A DNA stretch of 64,000 nucleotides from an uncultured Desulfobacterales bacterium (lineage in GTDB: Bacteria; Desulfobacterota; Desulfobacteria; Desulfobacterales; JBDRRP01). The position numbers were made by a program, and so were the translations under genes. Under the pieces are notes generated by a model. It was not told where the DNA came from and ran no database searches. It saw only the letters and a list, made by a program, of their open reading frames with translations. This document shows, in pieces, positions 1-10,400 of the stretch. Position 1 is the stretch's first letter. The number at the start of each line of letters is the position of its first letter. Location of the stretch: assembly GCA_964446485.1 (NCBI GenBank), contig CAYUOU010000002.1:5904-69903 (forward strand). Direction: 5' to 3'.

Positions 1-756
1 GTGGGCGGTGGCCGCATGCCGAAATCGATCGGAGAGATAGGCGATACGGATCCGGCGATCGGGGCGATCACCGGTCATGCCCGTGTCATTCAGGCCGATA
101 CCGTTGTTGCGGGCGCTTACGGATGCCGACCAAAACCGTGCAACAGCGGCATTCAGGCCACTATCTTCGGAACGGGCAATGCACTTGAAGGGCGTCTCGG
201 AAACGATGCCACCGGCGGCGACGTCCCTTCGGGTCAACGCGTCCAGGAGGTCAATGCGGCGGCCGATGCGGTGCCAGCTGCATGACGATTGCATGAGAAA
301 AACCAACTGGCTGCATATTTTGGCGTTCTCCGGTTCCAGGTTCAGCGCCTCTTCGTAGCTGGCCTGGGCTGCCGTGAATCTGCCGGCCTGCTCCAATAGA
401 TACCCCAAATTGAAATGGGCGTGCGCCATCTGAGGATCCAGGGCCACTGCCTTGCGAAAACACGCGTAGGCCTTTTCGAACTCAACTGAATCCCGGAGGA
501 TCGCCCCCAGATTGTTCCAGGCCTGAGCCAAGTGAGGATCGAGGGCGAGGCACTGCCGGTATGCCGTCTCGGCCGCTGAGGTATCTCCCATTCGTTGTAA
601 GGCCATGGCCATTTTGAAACGCGCCTTTACAGCCTCGGGCTCGAGCGCGACAGCCTGCCGATAGAGGACAAGGGCCTTGTCCATGAGCCCGCTCTTCCCG
701 CAGCGGTCCCCCAAACGGATGCAATCGTTTGCCGTATGTCGCTGGTCGGTTTCCAT
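1..756 (-). CDS. TPR-containing GT41 (SPINDLY/O-GlcNAc transferase-like) protein; its 3' end runs off the window
   Basis: Absent from the ORF track because it has no stop in the window. Hand translation from ATG 756 gives METDQRH..., TPRs (AWNNLGAIL, AHFNLGYLL), then RIRIAYLSDRFRHAATAH, the start of a GT41 catalytic domain. GGAG RBS and sigma54 site upstream. Confidence 0.85.
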   Translation of the reverse strand, partial: METDQRHTANDCIRLGDRCGKSGLMDKALVLYRQAVALEPEAVKARFKMAMALQRMGDTSAAETAYRQCLALDPHLAQAWNNLGAILRDSVEFEKAYACFRKAVALDPQMAHAHFNLGYLLEQAGRFTAAQASYEEALNLEPENAKICSQLVFLMQSSCSWHRIGRRIDLLDALTRRDVAAGGIVSETPFKCIARSEDSGLNAAVARFWSASVSARNNGIGLNDTGMTGDRPDRRIRIAYLSDRFRHAATAH

Positions 757-823
757 CGACTCCGATGCGGTTTTTTTAATGTGAATCAGCGCCAAAGGAC
801 GAAACATCTCCTGGAATTAATGC

Positions 824-839
824 AGCAAGCTATAGGCCA
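824..839 (-). promoter_or_regulatory. sigma54 (-24/-12) promoter
   Basis: Minus strand TGGCCTATAGCTTGCT = GG-N10-GC, intergenic, oriented toward the GT41 gene. Confidence 0.7.
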
Positions 840-906
840 CAGAATGCCTACCCCCTCACCCATCCACCCCATTCGCCGACGGCGCTGAGAAAATGATGGA
901 TCCGCT

Positions 907-1752
907 TTACGCGGCATTCGTGAAACCCTCCCGATTTTCAACAACGTCCACGTCACAGTACCGGCAGAGTATCTCCAGGCTTGAATCCAAAAGCCCCCGC
1001 TCGATGCGTCTAAACTCGGCACTGCGATGAAGCGCTTCGTAATCATCGACCATCAAGTTGCCCAAGACATGCTGCATCCCGTAGTCATTGCAGCAGAGCA
1101 CCACATCCCCATTGGGGAGCAGCACGTTGCAGCGCAGGTTCCGGGCACAGGTGATGCCCCCCTGATTTCGTCTCTGTGAATCGGTAGAATGGTTAACCTG
1201 TGCATTGCCTGAACGTGAGGACAGCAACAGCCGATGGACCTTGGCTGAAACTCCCTTGATGCCCGGGTGAGGCGCCTGGCCATGAAAGTGATACCGGGCC
1301 GGTATCGAACTTGCGATGATGCGCTTCAACAGCTCCAAGTATGCTTGGTCAACACGAATCGCTTCATAGCCTTCTGATGAAGGGAGATGAACCCAGAACA
1401 TTTTGAAAGGGATATCGGCCAGAGCGTCGATATCCAATAACGTCATCCCCACAAGTGTGGTGGAGGCTGCGATGCGATGTCCTCTGGCGTGTGCATGAAG
1501 AAGCATCTGGGTGCACCATGGATTCAACCAGGGTTCGCACATACCTGTGAAATGGATGTCCACGGACGCGGGCACACGTTCAATACACTGTTTGAAAACC
1601 TCAAAACTCATATGAAAAGCGCCGGCGCCCGTGGCGTTCTCAAGAAACCGCCGATCCATTCTCCGAGAGAAGGCCTTGATCAGAAGATCCTGAGGGCAAT
1701 AGGAACAGTTGTTTTGGCAGCCAATTTTCGTCGTTATTTCAAGTGTAGGCAT
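907..1752 (-). CDS. Radical SAM protein with SPASM/Twitch domain
   Basis: CQNNCSYC (CxxxCxxC), GMCEP, and C-terminal C...NGDVVLCC...CRYC. Confidence 0.85.
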   Translation of the reverse strand: MPTLEITTKIGCQNNCSYCPQDLLIKAFSRRMDRRFLENATGAGAFHMSFEVFKQCIERVPASVDIHFTGMCEPWLNPWCTQMLLHAHARGHRIAASTTLVGMTLLDIDALADIPFKMFWVHLPSSEGYEAIRVDQAYLELLKRIIASSIPARYHFHGQAPHPGIKGVSAKVHRLLLSSRSGNAQVNHSTDSQRRNQGGITCARNLRCNVLLPNGDVVLCCNDYGMQHVLGNLMVDDYEALHRSAEFRRIERGLLDSSLEILCRYCDVDVVENREGFTNAA

Positions 1753-1776
1753 AATGCAGTCACCGATTTGAAGCGC

Positions 1777-1932
1777 TTAATGCAATGGGGTTTTTGACGC
1801 CGAATTTTCAATGTACCCCGAATAGACGCTGGCCGTGTTGCTGCCGTAGTGGTTGGCGATGGGCACTGCGCCGATGTCCAGCACGGTCAGGGCCAGATTC
1901 GGCTGAACCTGTTTGATGATGCGGTTCAACAT
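1777..1932 (-). pseudogene. Stub of an FkbM-like methyltransferase (51 aa)
   Basis: Hand translation MLNRIIKQVQPNLALTVLDIGAVPIANHY...*; TVLDIGA resembles SAM-binding motif I; start overlaps the upstream stop. Confidence 0.45.
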
Positions 1933-3065
1933 GATGGATGCCTCGGTTGGGAAAAGTTTGAATCATTGGCCATGATGGATAGGTTGGGCAACCCCTTGTC
2001 GGCATTATTCTGATCCGCCTGAATGACCGACCAGATCTGCTCGTAGATCCGGTTCCAGTCGTGGTGCTCTAGCACGTGGCCCCTGACGGCACGGCTTCGC
2101 TCCCGGTACTCCTCGTCGCTCATGCCCATGGCCCGGCGAATGATCTCGCGATTCTGTTTCGGATCCTGGGTCAGATAAATGGCGTGGGGACACTCGAACC
2201 CGCTTTCAGGCGTCACCAGCGGCACCAGACCCCGGGCGCAGTTTTCCAGTATCACCGTTGCCTGCGCGTCAAAGGTGCTGGTATGAATATAAAAATCAAA
2301 GTTTTCGATGATGAATGCATTGATCTCTGGGTCGCCATTGGAAATCCTTCCTAGCGAGTAAAACCGATAGTCCTTGGAACGGCCGCGCGCGTCTTTGCAA
2401 TTAGCGGTAACCCAACCGGATTTTTTCATGGCCTGAGACGCGATCATCAAGGTGGCGTCCAGACCTTCGAGACTTTGAAAGAGGAGGCCGATGTTTTTGT
2501 AATCGGCGAGGTTACTGATATGCAGAAAATTTCGCCGATTTCCGGTTCCAAAGACGGTTTTTGAGGGGAAATGACGGCTCTCGCACCCCAGGTTCACCTG
2601 TCTTAATTTGTCCTTGACCGCTCCGTGAAGCGTGTCGCGGCCCAGTGCCTGTGTCCGCCGGATCCAGATATCGCCGCAGATGGCAAAGATACGCCGAGCC
2701 GCTTTGAGTTGGGATTCGATGAACGGCGTGTGAAATTCCGGAGACATAATCGGCACCCACGGCATGAGGAGGTACGTGTTTGGGTGACTTGAGGCGCCGG
2801 CTTCCAGGGCGTTGCGCTTGACCCAGTCGTCCAGCAGTCGAGAATGCGCCCCGCCTGGCTGCCAGGCGGGGTCCCACGTGGGATGCCCCAGTAGGATGTC
2901 ATCGGGACGATCCGTCACGCGGCCGCTGTTGAAATGGGTGATGTGCGTGGGCGTCACCGATTCGAAAAACCGCCGTGCGTACTTGACGATTTCCGCGTTG
3001 GCCGATTCATACCGATCATATGCCCCAAGGGTGAATCGATAGGGTGTCCAGAAAAAGTGAAGCAT
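1926..3065 (-). CDS. GT-B fold glycosyltransferase (GT4-like)
   Basis: 379 aa; FLHISNLADYKN and YIHTSTFDAQATVILENCARGLVPLVT resemble a GT4 C-terminal domain; island context. Confidence 0.7.
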   Translation of the reverse strand: MLHFFWTPYRFTLGAYDRYESANAEIVKYARRFFESVTPTHITHFNSGRVTDRPDDILLGHPTWDPAWQPGGAHSRLLDDWVKRNALEAGASSHPNTYLLMPWVPIMSPEFHTPFIESQLKAARRIFAICGDIWIRRTQALGRDTLHGAVKDKLRQVNLGCESRHFPSKTVFGTGNRRNFLHISNLADYKNIGLLFQSLEGLDATLMIASQAMKKSGWVTANCKDARGRSKDYRFYSLGRISNGDPEINAFIIENFDFYIHTSTFDAQATVILENCARGLVPLVTPESGFECPHAIYLTQDPKQNREIIRRAMGMSDEEYRERSRAVRGHVLEHHDWNRIYEQIWSVIQADQNNADKGLPNLSIMANDSNFSQPRHPSC

Positions 3066-3115
3066 GAGTTTATATTCAGGTATTTATTTATATGATATAA
3101 TTAATTTTTTTGTTG

Positions 3116-3787
3116 TTATGCCAGTTCGTTGTATTGGATCACCTGCCGCTCGTCGCTCTGGATACGGTTCCAATCCGCCAGATCATCGTAAACCTCTCTG
3201 TAGTCGTGCCAGATTTTGATGGGCCCGAAAAACGACTTGTGCCACCGGGGACGAAAATTCCAGTTGATGGGCAGCACGTAAGGGAGATAGCCCGTGCGCT
3301 CGACGGAAAGGGCGAACCCGGCCTGATCGTTCAGCGGCATGTGTGCCAGCCGGTCATCCACGAAGATGGGGATGGCGGAATCCACGGTGAAAGCGAGCTC
3401 CCTCCATGCGTCGAAAACCTGTCGCGCGGTTTCGGTGAAAAATAGCACCCCGGTGTTGTACTCGACAAGGTCCCCGGCCAATCCGCGATAGCGCCTCGCC
3501 CATGGGCATTCGCAGATGGCGCAGGCCAGTCCGTGGCGCCCGGCCTTCTCAAATCCGAAGTCGAGCCGGCCCAGGACGACCGTGTCGGCATCCAGAAAGA
3601 GGGTCTCTTCGAAGGGCGTCATTTCGAACATCTTCGACTTCTCCAGGAGGGTCGCCGACTCCGGAAGCCGCACCACGTGGATGGGCAGTTCAGCGTGATG
3701 CCGGGCCGCCGACGCCATGGAGCGCTCGAGGACATCCTCGGACTTGTTCCCCCAGGTGATATACAGGATGCCGCGTTGGCTCATCAT
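3116..3787 (-). CDS. GT-A fold glycosyltransferase (GT8-like)
   Basis: Start reassigned to MMSQRGILY (ATGA overlap with upstream stop); motifs FLDADT, YNTGV, NDQ, KIWH. Confidence 0.7.
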   Translation of the reverse strand: MMSQRGILYITWGNKSEDVLERSMASAARHHAELPIHVVRLPESATLLEKSKMFEMTPFEETLFLDADTVVLGRLDFGFEKAGRHGLACAICECPWARRYRGLAGDLVEYNTGVLFFTETARQVFDAWRELAFTVDSAIPIFVDDRLAHMPLNDQAGFALSVERTGYLPYVLPINWNFRPRWHKSFFGPIKIWHDYREVYDDLADWNRIQSDERQVIQYNELA

Positions 3788-6700
3788 TCCTCCCTCATCT
3801 GTCCGGCCGATGTTTCCAGAGCCTCGGCAAGGCGCACCGCCACGGCATCCCAACCTTCGCCGGCCTGCTGTCTGAACAGGCGAAGGCTCGGGTACCACGG
3901 GCTGTCATCCCGGTCCAAAAGCCACCGCCAGTCCGGAACGGCCGGCAGCATGACCCATGTCGTCCGCCCCATGGCACCGGCCAGGTGGGCCACCGCAGTG
4001 TCGACGGTGATGACCAGGTCGAGGTTTTCCACTGCGGCCGCCGTATCTGCGAAATCGTTGAAATCATTTCCAATGTTGGCAAACTGCCGACTGCGGGGAA
4101 GGCCTGCCATCTGATCCGACCCAGCCCCTTTTTGAAACCCGAACCAGCGGATGCCGGGCACGCCGAGCACCGGTGACAGGGCCTCGAGGCGGCAACTGCG
4201 ACGCCCGTCGTTGGCGTGTCCGGGGTTGCCCGCCCAGACGAGACCGACCCGCAGCCCTTCCCCCGGCATTCGCCGGCGCCACGCGGTGACACGGGACGGA
4301 TCCGAAAAAATATAAGGTACCTGCCGAGGGATCGTCGTCTCCGTGGTGCCAAAGATCCCCGGAAGGCTTAACAGGTGGACATAGCGGTCCCCAGGCGCGA
4401 GAGGGCTGCCCCCGCTTTCAACCGGCAAGACCTCATCGACCCCGTTGATGCCCCGCAGCAGCGGTACCAGGCCGGCGGCGCAGTGAAGCACCACCCGCTC
4501 GCAGCGTGCTTTCGCCAGTGGCAGGTAGCGCACAAATTGGAGGGTGTCGCCCAAGCCCTGCTCGTCGAACACCACGAGCCTGCCACCCTCCAGGGACTCG
4601 CCCTGCCATCGGCGATGCGAGGAAAGATCCGGGCAGCGCCGGCGCCAGGCGGGTTTGTCGAAACGCGCTTCATAACCCCGCCAGCCGTTGGGGAAATCGC
4701 CGGTAAGCAATTTCACCTGAGCCCGATTGAATCGGGCGTCGGCGCAGCCCGGCTGGATATCGAGGGCCCGGTCAAAGGCGGCGACGGCCGATTTCAGGCG
4801 CCCCTGGGCGTGAAGGAGGGTCCCCCGGTTGGTCCAGGCCTCGGCCGAGGTCGGATCGCAGGTTAGGGCGCGATCAAACAGCGTCATGGCCTCATCTTCT
4901 CTTCCAATCTTCCCCAAAACGGTACCCAGCAGGTTGAGGGCGACGGCATCGGTTGGTTTCATAGCAATCAACCGGCGACACACCGAGGCGGCCGCCTCGA
5001 ACTGCGCGTCGGCGGACAAGGCCCGTGCCAGATCCAAAGAGGTGCCGACATCTCCCGGCGTCAAACCCAGCGCCTGCTGAAAGGCTTTAGCGGCCCCGCC
5101 GTGGTCGCCGGACCCCATAAGCATGCGACCACGGTTTCGATGCAATTGGGGGTTTTCCGGCGCAGCGGCGACGGCACGGTTGATGAACCCCATGGCGTGA
5201 TCGGTGGCGCCTCGCGCCTGCGCCAGGATTGCCGAAAGATTGAGGGTGTCTGTATGGTCCGGGCATTCCTCGAGGATCTCCAGGCATTGCCGCTCCGCAG
5301 CGTCGACGCGGCCGCCATGATGAAGCCGTGCGGCCTGGTGAAAGCGATCCCTCAATGCCGTGGCGCTCCGAGGCGACGGCCGCGGCCTGCCAGGACCCCC
5401 CAGACGCTGCGTCAGTGCCTCAGCGACCTTCACCATGACGCCGGCCCAGTCTCCCGGGAGATCCTGGCGGAACAGGGTCATGGTGGGGTACCAGGGCGTG
5501 TCGCTTCCGGACAGGCCCCACCGCCAGTCGGGTGCATGGGGGAGCAGCACCCAGACCGGTTTTCCCATGGCCCCTGCCAGGTGCGCCACAGCGGTATCCA
5601 CGCTGATCACCAGATCCATCGTCTCGATGGCGCCAGCGGTATCTGCAAAATCATCGAAGCGCTCACCAAGGTTGGCTGCGAGAAAACCGACGGCATTCGC
5701 CGCGTCGGCGGCCGGCCCCTGTTGCAACCCCCAGAGGCGCACACCGGGAAGGTCGGCCAGACATGCAAAAATCTCCAGTGGGCAGGAGCGGCGCCGGTCC
5801 TGCTCGTGGTTGGGGCTGCCAGCCCACACCAGTCCGACTCGAAGGCCGGGCCCCTCAACGATTGTCCGCCACGCGGCCGTTCTTTGCGCTTTGGCGGCAA
5901 GATAGGGGATGGCGGCCGGAATGGTGGCCGCATCGGTGGCAAAGATTCCCGGCAGACTCATCAACGGAACCACCAGGTCGCATGGGGCGGCCGGTTCGGC
6001 GATGCCTGGGCGGACCACCAGTTCGTCAACTCCGTCAATGCCCTCAAGCAGGGCAATCAGCGGTTTTCGCGTCTCGAACACGACAGTGCCCCCCAGGGCC
6101 TTAACCCGGGGCAGGTAGCGGACAAATTGAATCGTGTCCCCAAACCCTTGCTCGTCGTGGATGTAGAGCCGTCGACCGGCAAATGATGCTCCCTGCCACC
6201 GGGGCTGCGAATAGCGGTAGGGGTGGATGTGGGTCCATTCGGCCCGGTCGAAGCGACTTTCGTAGGCCTGCCACCCTTCGGCGAAATCGCCCAACAGCAG
6301 TCGGGCCACGGCATGATTGAACCGTGCTTCGGTAAAGTCGGGACGCAGTGCCACGGCACGCCGAAAATACCTGTCCCCCTGCAGGACATCTCCCGCACCG
6401 TTCAGGGCCACGCCAAGGTTGTTGTGGGCTTCGGCGAAATCAGGGCGAAGGGCCACTGCTTTTCGACAAAAAGCGACGGCCGTTTCCAGGTGGTCCAGTT
6501 TTTCCAGGACGTTGCCCAGGTTGTTGCAGGTTTCCGGATTCTCCGGGTCCAGCGAATGTGCTTTCCGGTAATGGTCGAGAGCGGCGTCCCAGTCTCCCTG
6601 GGATTTGAGAACTACCCCGAGGTTGTTGTGGGCCATGGCAAAGTCTGGACGGCATGCCACCGCTTGGGAATAGGAACGACGGGCTGCTGCCATATCATTC

Positions 6701-7467
6701 AATGCGTGTTGAACACCGCCTAAATTATAAAGTGTTTCAGGATGTTCCGGCCGATACTGCAGGCAACGAACGAAGGCTGAAACAGCCTCCCTCAACCGGC
6801 CGGCGCGCTTCAGCGCGTTTCCCAGATTGTTCAGCGCCTCGGGGTAATTCGGTTTAATGGAGACGGCCCGGCCGAAGCAGTCGGCGGCCGCGTCCAAGCG
6901 GTCCAATGATCCAAGCGCCAGCCCCAGATTGTTCCACGCTTCGGCAACACCGGGGCGCAGCGTGAGCGTGGCGTGATACCGGTCCGCAGCCCCTTCCCCG
7001 TCTCCCAGAGCAAGCAAGGTATTGCCCAATGCAAAGTGGGCGTCAGCCCAATCCGGGCGCAGGGAGGCGGCCGTCTCGAGGGGGGCCACCGCTTCAGCGT
7101 CTCTGTCCAGACGGCGCAAGGCCAGCCCATGATTGTATCGGGCTTCGGCAAAATCCGGCGCTATGGCGGCGGCGACTTCAAACGCCGCCAATGCCTGCTC
7201 AGGTTGCCCCATGGCGGCGAACATCTGCCCCAGGGTGTTGTGGCAATCCGCCCGCTCAGGGGCGACGCCCACGGCGCGCCGGATCCGCGCCATGGCCAAT
7301 TTCCCGTCCCCGCGTCGGGCCGCAAGACCGCACCCCATCATCAGGGCGTCGATGCAATGCGGTGACGCGCTCAGGACATCCTGGCACAAGGCCTCGGCCT
7401 CGGTTAATCGCCCTGCCCCCAATGCCTGGTCGGCGAGCAGCAGTTGCCGGGATAGTGATTCCTTCAT
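3784..7467 (-). CDS. TPR protein with two tandem TPR + GT9-like glycosyltransferase modules
   Basis: 1227 aa; many TPRs; two copies each of DEQGxGDTxQFVRY, DLVIxVDTAVAHLAGAMG, PDWRW and PWYP. Confidence 0.85.
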   Translation of the reverse strand: MKESLSRQLLLADQALGAGRLTEAEALCQDVLSASPHCIDALMMGCGLAARRGDGKLAMARIRRAVGVAPERADCHNTLGQMFAAMGQPEQALAAFEVAAAIAPDFAEARYNHGLALRRLDRDAEAVAPLETAASLRPDWADAHFALGNTLLALGDGEGAADRYHATLTLRPGVAEAWNNLGLALGSLDRLDAAADCFGRAVSIKPNYPEALNNLGNALKRAGRLREAVSAFVRCLQYRPEHPETLYNLGGVQHALNDMAAARRSYSQAVACRPDFAMAHNNLGVVLKSQGDWDAALDHYRKAHSLDPENPETCNNLGNVLEKLDHLETAVAFCRKAVALRPDFAEAHNNLGVALNGAGDVLQGDRYFRRAVALRPDFTEARFNHAVARLLLGDFAEGWQAYESRFDRAEWTHIHPYRYSQPRWQGASFAGRRLYIHDEQGFGDTIQFVRYLPRVKALGGTVVFETRKPLIALLEGIDGVDELVVRPGIAEPAAPCDLVVPLMSLPGIFATDAATIPAAIPYLAAKAQRTAAWRTIVEGPGLRVGLVWAGSPNHEQDRRRSCPLEIFACLADLPGVRLWGLQQGPAADAANAVGFLAANLGERFDDFADTAGAIETMDLVISVDTAVAHLAGAMGKPVWVLLPHAPDWRWGLSGSDTPWYPTMTLFRQDLPGDWAGVMVKVAEALTQRLGGPGRPRPSPRSATALRDRFHQAARLHHGGRVDAAERQCLEILEECPDHTDTLNLSAILAQARGATDHAMGFINRAVAAAPENPQLHRNRGRMLMGSGDHGGAAKAFQQALGLTPGDVGTSLDLARALSADAQFEAAASVCRRLIAMKPTDAVALNLLGTVLGKIGREDEAMTLFDRALTCDPTSAEAWTNRGTLLHAQGRLKSAVAAFDRALDIQPGCADARFNRAQVKLLTGDFPNGWRGYEARFDKPAWRRRCPDLSSHRRWQGESLEGGRLVVFDEQGLGDTLQFVRYLPLAKARCERVVLHCAAGLVPLLRGINGVDEVLPVESGGSPLAPGDRYVHLLSLPGIFGTTETTIPRQVPYIFSDPSRVTAWRRRMPGEGLRVGLVWAGNPGHANDGRRSCRLEALSPVLGVPGIRWFGFQKGAGSDQMAGLPRSRQFANIGNDFNDFADTAAAVENLDLVITVDTAVAHLAGAMGRTTWVMLPAVPDWRWLLDRDDSPWYPSLRLFRQQAGEGWDAVAVRLAEALETSAGQMREE

Positions 7468-7477
7468 GGCGCTGGGA

Positions 7478-10400
7478 TTATCCTAATCCGACGGCGTCAA
7501 GAAAAACGGCTTTGAACCGTTCCATGACGCGTTCCGGTGAAAATTCCGCAACCCGTTCACGATAGACCCCGGGCGGCGCGGTCCTTTGGAAACCGATCAG
7601 CGTGTCAAAGAGTGCCGTTGGCGTTCCGTAGTATAGGCCGTGTTCGCCCAGCATGGCCCGGTGGTTTTGGTCGACACCCTCGGTGCAGGCGATGACCGGC
7701 TTGTCCCGCAGGAGGAATTCGGCGATGGCCAGGCCGAACGTCTCCCCCTGGACCCTGGCGTGCAGCATGGCGTCACAGGTGTTGATGAACCCGACCTTGG
7801 CCTCGAGGTCCCAAGTGGGGTTGAGGTGGATGATATTGTGACGGGGCCGGCAGAACCGGTCAGTATTCATGAAAAGGAAGTAGGTGCCTTCATCAGCTTC
7901 TGCCACCCGTCGGACCACCTCGTGAACAAATGGGATGTTGAATTGGTCCCGGCCCCCGTGTCGGCCGAAAACAACGGCGCCCGGCGGGATCCCCAACTGC
8001 TCCCGGTAATGGACATCGCCCTCCGGCAAATCGACCATGTATGGGACGACGGGGTGACGGCCGCCTGACATTTCTTCGGCCAGCCAACTGGAAATGTAGG
8101 CGTAGACCTCGCCATGGGGGTCGAAACACTGAAAGACCGCGTGGATCAGATTGGGGCAGCCGGGAACCAGTTTCCCGTCGTTGCGGCCGTACTTCTGATA
8201 ATAGACGGCATCGATGCGATGGGTATCGACCAGGCCCTGGACTTGCCGGAAATCGTCGTAGAGCAGCACCTCGAACTGTGCCTGAAATTTTTCCAGCCCC
8301 CGCAAGTCCCCCGTTGCATCCGAGATAATGATCGATTCGTTGTCCAGGATTTCCCGGTTGTATAAAGCGTAGTCATAAAGCGCCACATCGGTCCCACGGA
8401 GACCAAGCTGGTTGGAGTGGAAACCAATACGAAGCGTTTTGGCTGCCATGGGCCTTTCTCGCCCGATCCGCCGAACCGAATCTTGATCCTTCGGTAACAT
8501 TCGGGAAGCAGATGTCGACTTCTGGAAAACGGCCGTAAGACAGTCTTCATGGTTTCTTTGATCCCGAAAGCAGGCCACCACCTTAAAGCCACTGGACGTG
8601 AACAAATCAGTCAGGTTCGTTTCATTGAAGAAACTGACGTGCTGGCCGGGGGTGTAATAGGCATCCTCGTAGGGGATGCCGAGTATCACATGCCCCCCAG
8701 GCTTGAGAATACGGCCGATTTCTGCGACGGCAAAGCTCAGGTCGGACGGGTAGAGATGCTCCAAGGTGTGAAAGGAGACCACGGCATCCACGCTGGCATC
8801 AGATAGAGAAATTTTAAGCAGATTGGACTGTACAAAGGAGACCGGCGCCACGGTCGGCTGTTTGGATACGGAGCGCAACCCGAGTTGTAAAGCGCTGCGG
8901 TTCAGATCAATGCCAACAACCCGTTCTACCCCTGAATGCTCCGCTGTGAGGTGAGTCATTGCCCCGTGGTTGCAGCCAAGGTCAACGACCACTCCTCTGA
9001 GGCAAGACCTAAACTGGGTCAGCACCATGGAATTGATGTGCCCTCGCCATTGGTCGGGCCTCGGATTCGGTGTTAGGTAATTCTCTTTGTTTCGATAAGA
9101 GTCGACATCTGCGGCGGACCTAGTCTCTGAGTTCCCATTCGGCAAATGACGCTGCATCGATGTCAGCCCGGTCCAATTACCGAACCCGATATCATCGAAG
9201 AAAACGATTCCGGTACCGGTGACATGGCCGACTTCGGTGATGTCCCGCTTGGGTCGCTGTATGCTTTCCCAGAACTCGACCATGGCGGGATTGAGATGGA
9301 TATCGTCGAGGAGTAGGATGCCCTTGTAGCTGTTATTATCCAGGTAATCGTAGATACGTCTTTCCGACACGCCATCGTGACCGATGTCCAGGAGAATCAG
9401 GGGGGTCTGAAGCAGCCCCGGGTCCTGGAGTACGTCGCCGATCCGAAACTCGATGCGGTCCAACTTCTCGGAACCGTTTATCTTTCTTTGATCGACAATG
9501 TCGTAGGAAACGACACGGTTGTTAGCGTTGTAAGAAAGCGCCAGCGCAGAATACCCCTTGTAGGTACCGATGTCGAAGAGGGTTTCTCCATCATAGAACG
9601 TGCTCAAGTAACTCAGCAACCGGTAATGCTCCTTGAAGCTAGTGTCCAGGAAATAACCAAGATCGCCCGGGTCGGCCACGAACCGGGATAGAGGTGTTAG
9701 GTTTACGAAAGAAATGGGTAATTTTTCTAAGGAGAGCCGAGGGCAAACACACCCAATAGCAGATGCCGGGTCTACCGTAACCGCCGCACTCTTAATCTGC
9801 CGCACCTTCTCAATCTGGAGCAACGGTTCCACCGTGTCAAAATCGTACCCGTGGACAAAATCTTTTCCCGAAAACGGTCCGGAGAACTCCGCTTCCACCA
9901 AGCGCTCCCAGTCGCGATCCACGTCAAGGCTGTGCCCCCAAGTCCGGACCTTTCTCAGCATTTGCGCCTTGTCCATCACCCAGCTGTAATGGTGAAACAT
10001 GGGCTTTCCATCCAAACCGGACACCCGCCGCAGCCCATTGGGCAGTCGACGGAACGTGGCCCGCTCGTGCTCATGGAAGATCCGGTTCACCGTGATGACC
10101 CGGCGCCGGATCAGGGCCGGACTGTCCTCGATCTGCCGCGCCCTGAACATCGGTTCCCTGAAATACCAATAGTTGGCAAAGTAAAGGTGGTCATGGGGCG
10201 CGAAATCGAACCCGCCTAAAAATTCGACAAACCGCTCGGTCTCGACGATTTCGTCGGCATCGAGAAACAGGATCCAGTCGCAGTCCTCGGGCAGATGCGC
10301 CAAACCCACCCAACGGGCGAAATTGTGCCAGAACCGGGGGCGAAGCATCTGCGTGATGGAATGGTGATAGTCGAATGGGATGAATTCAGCTTCCGGGTTT

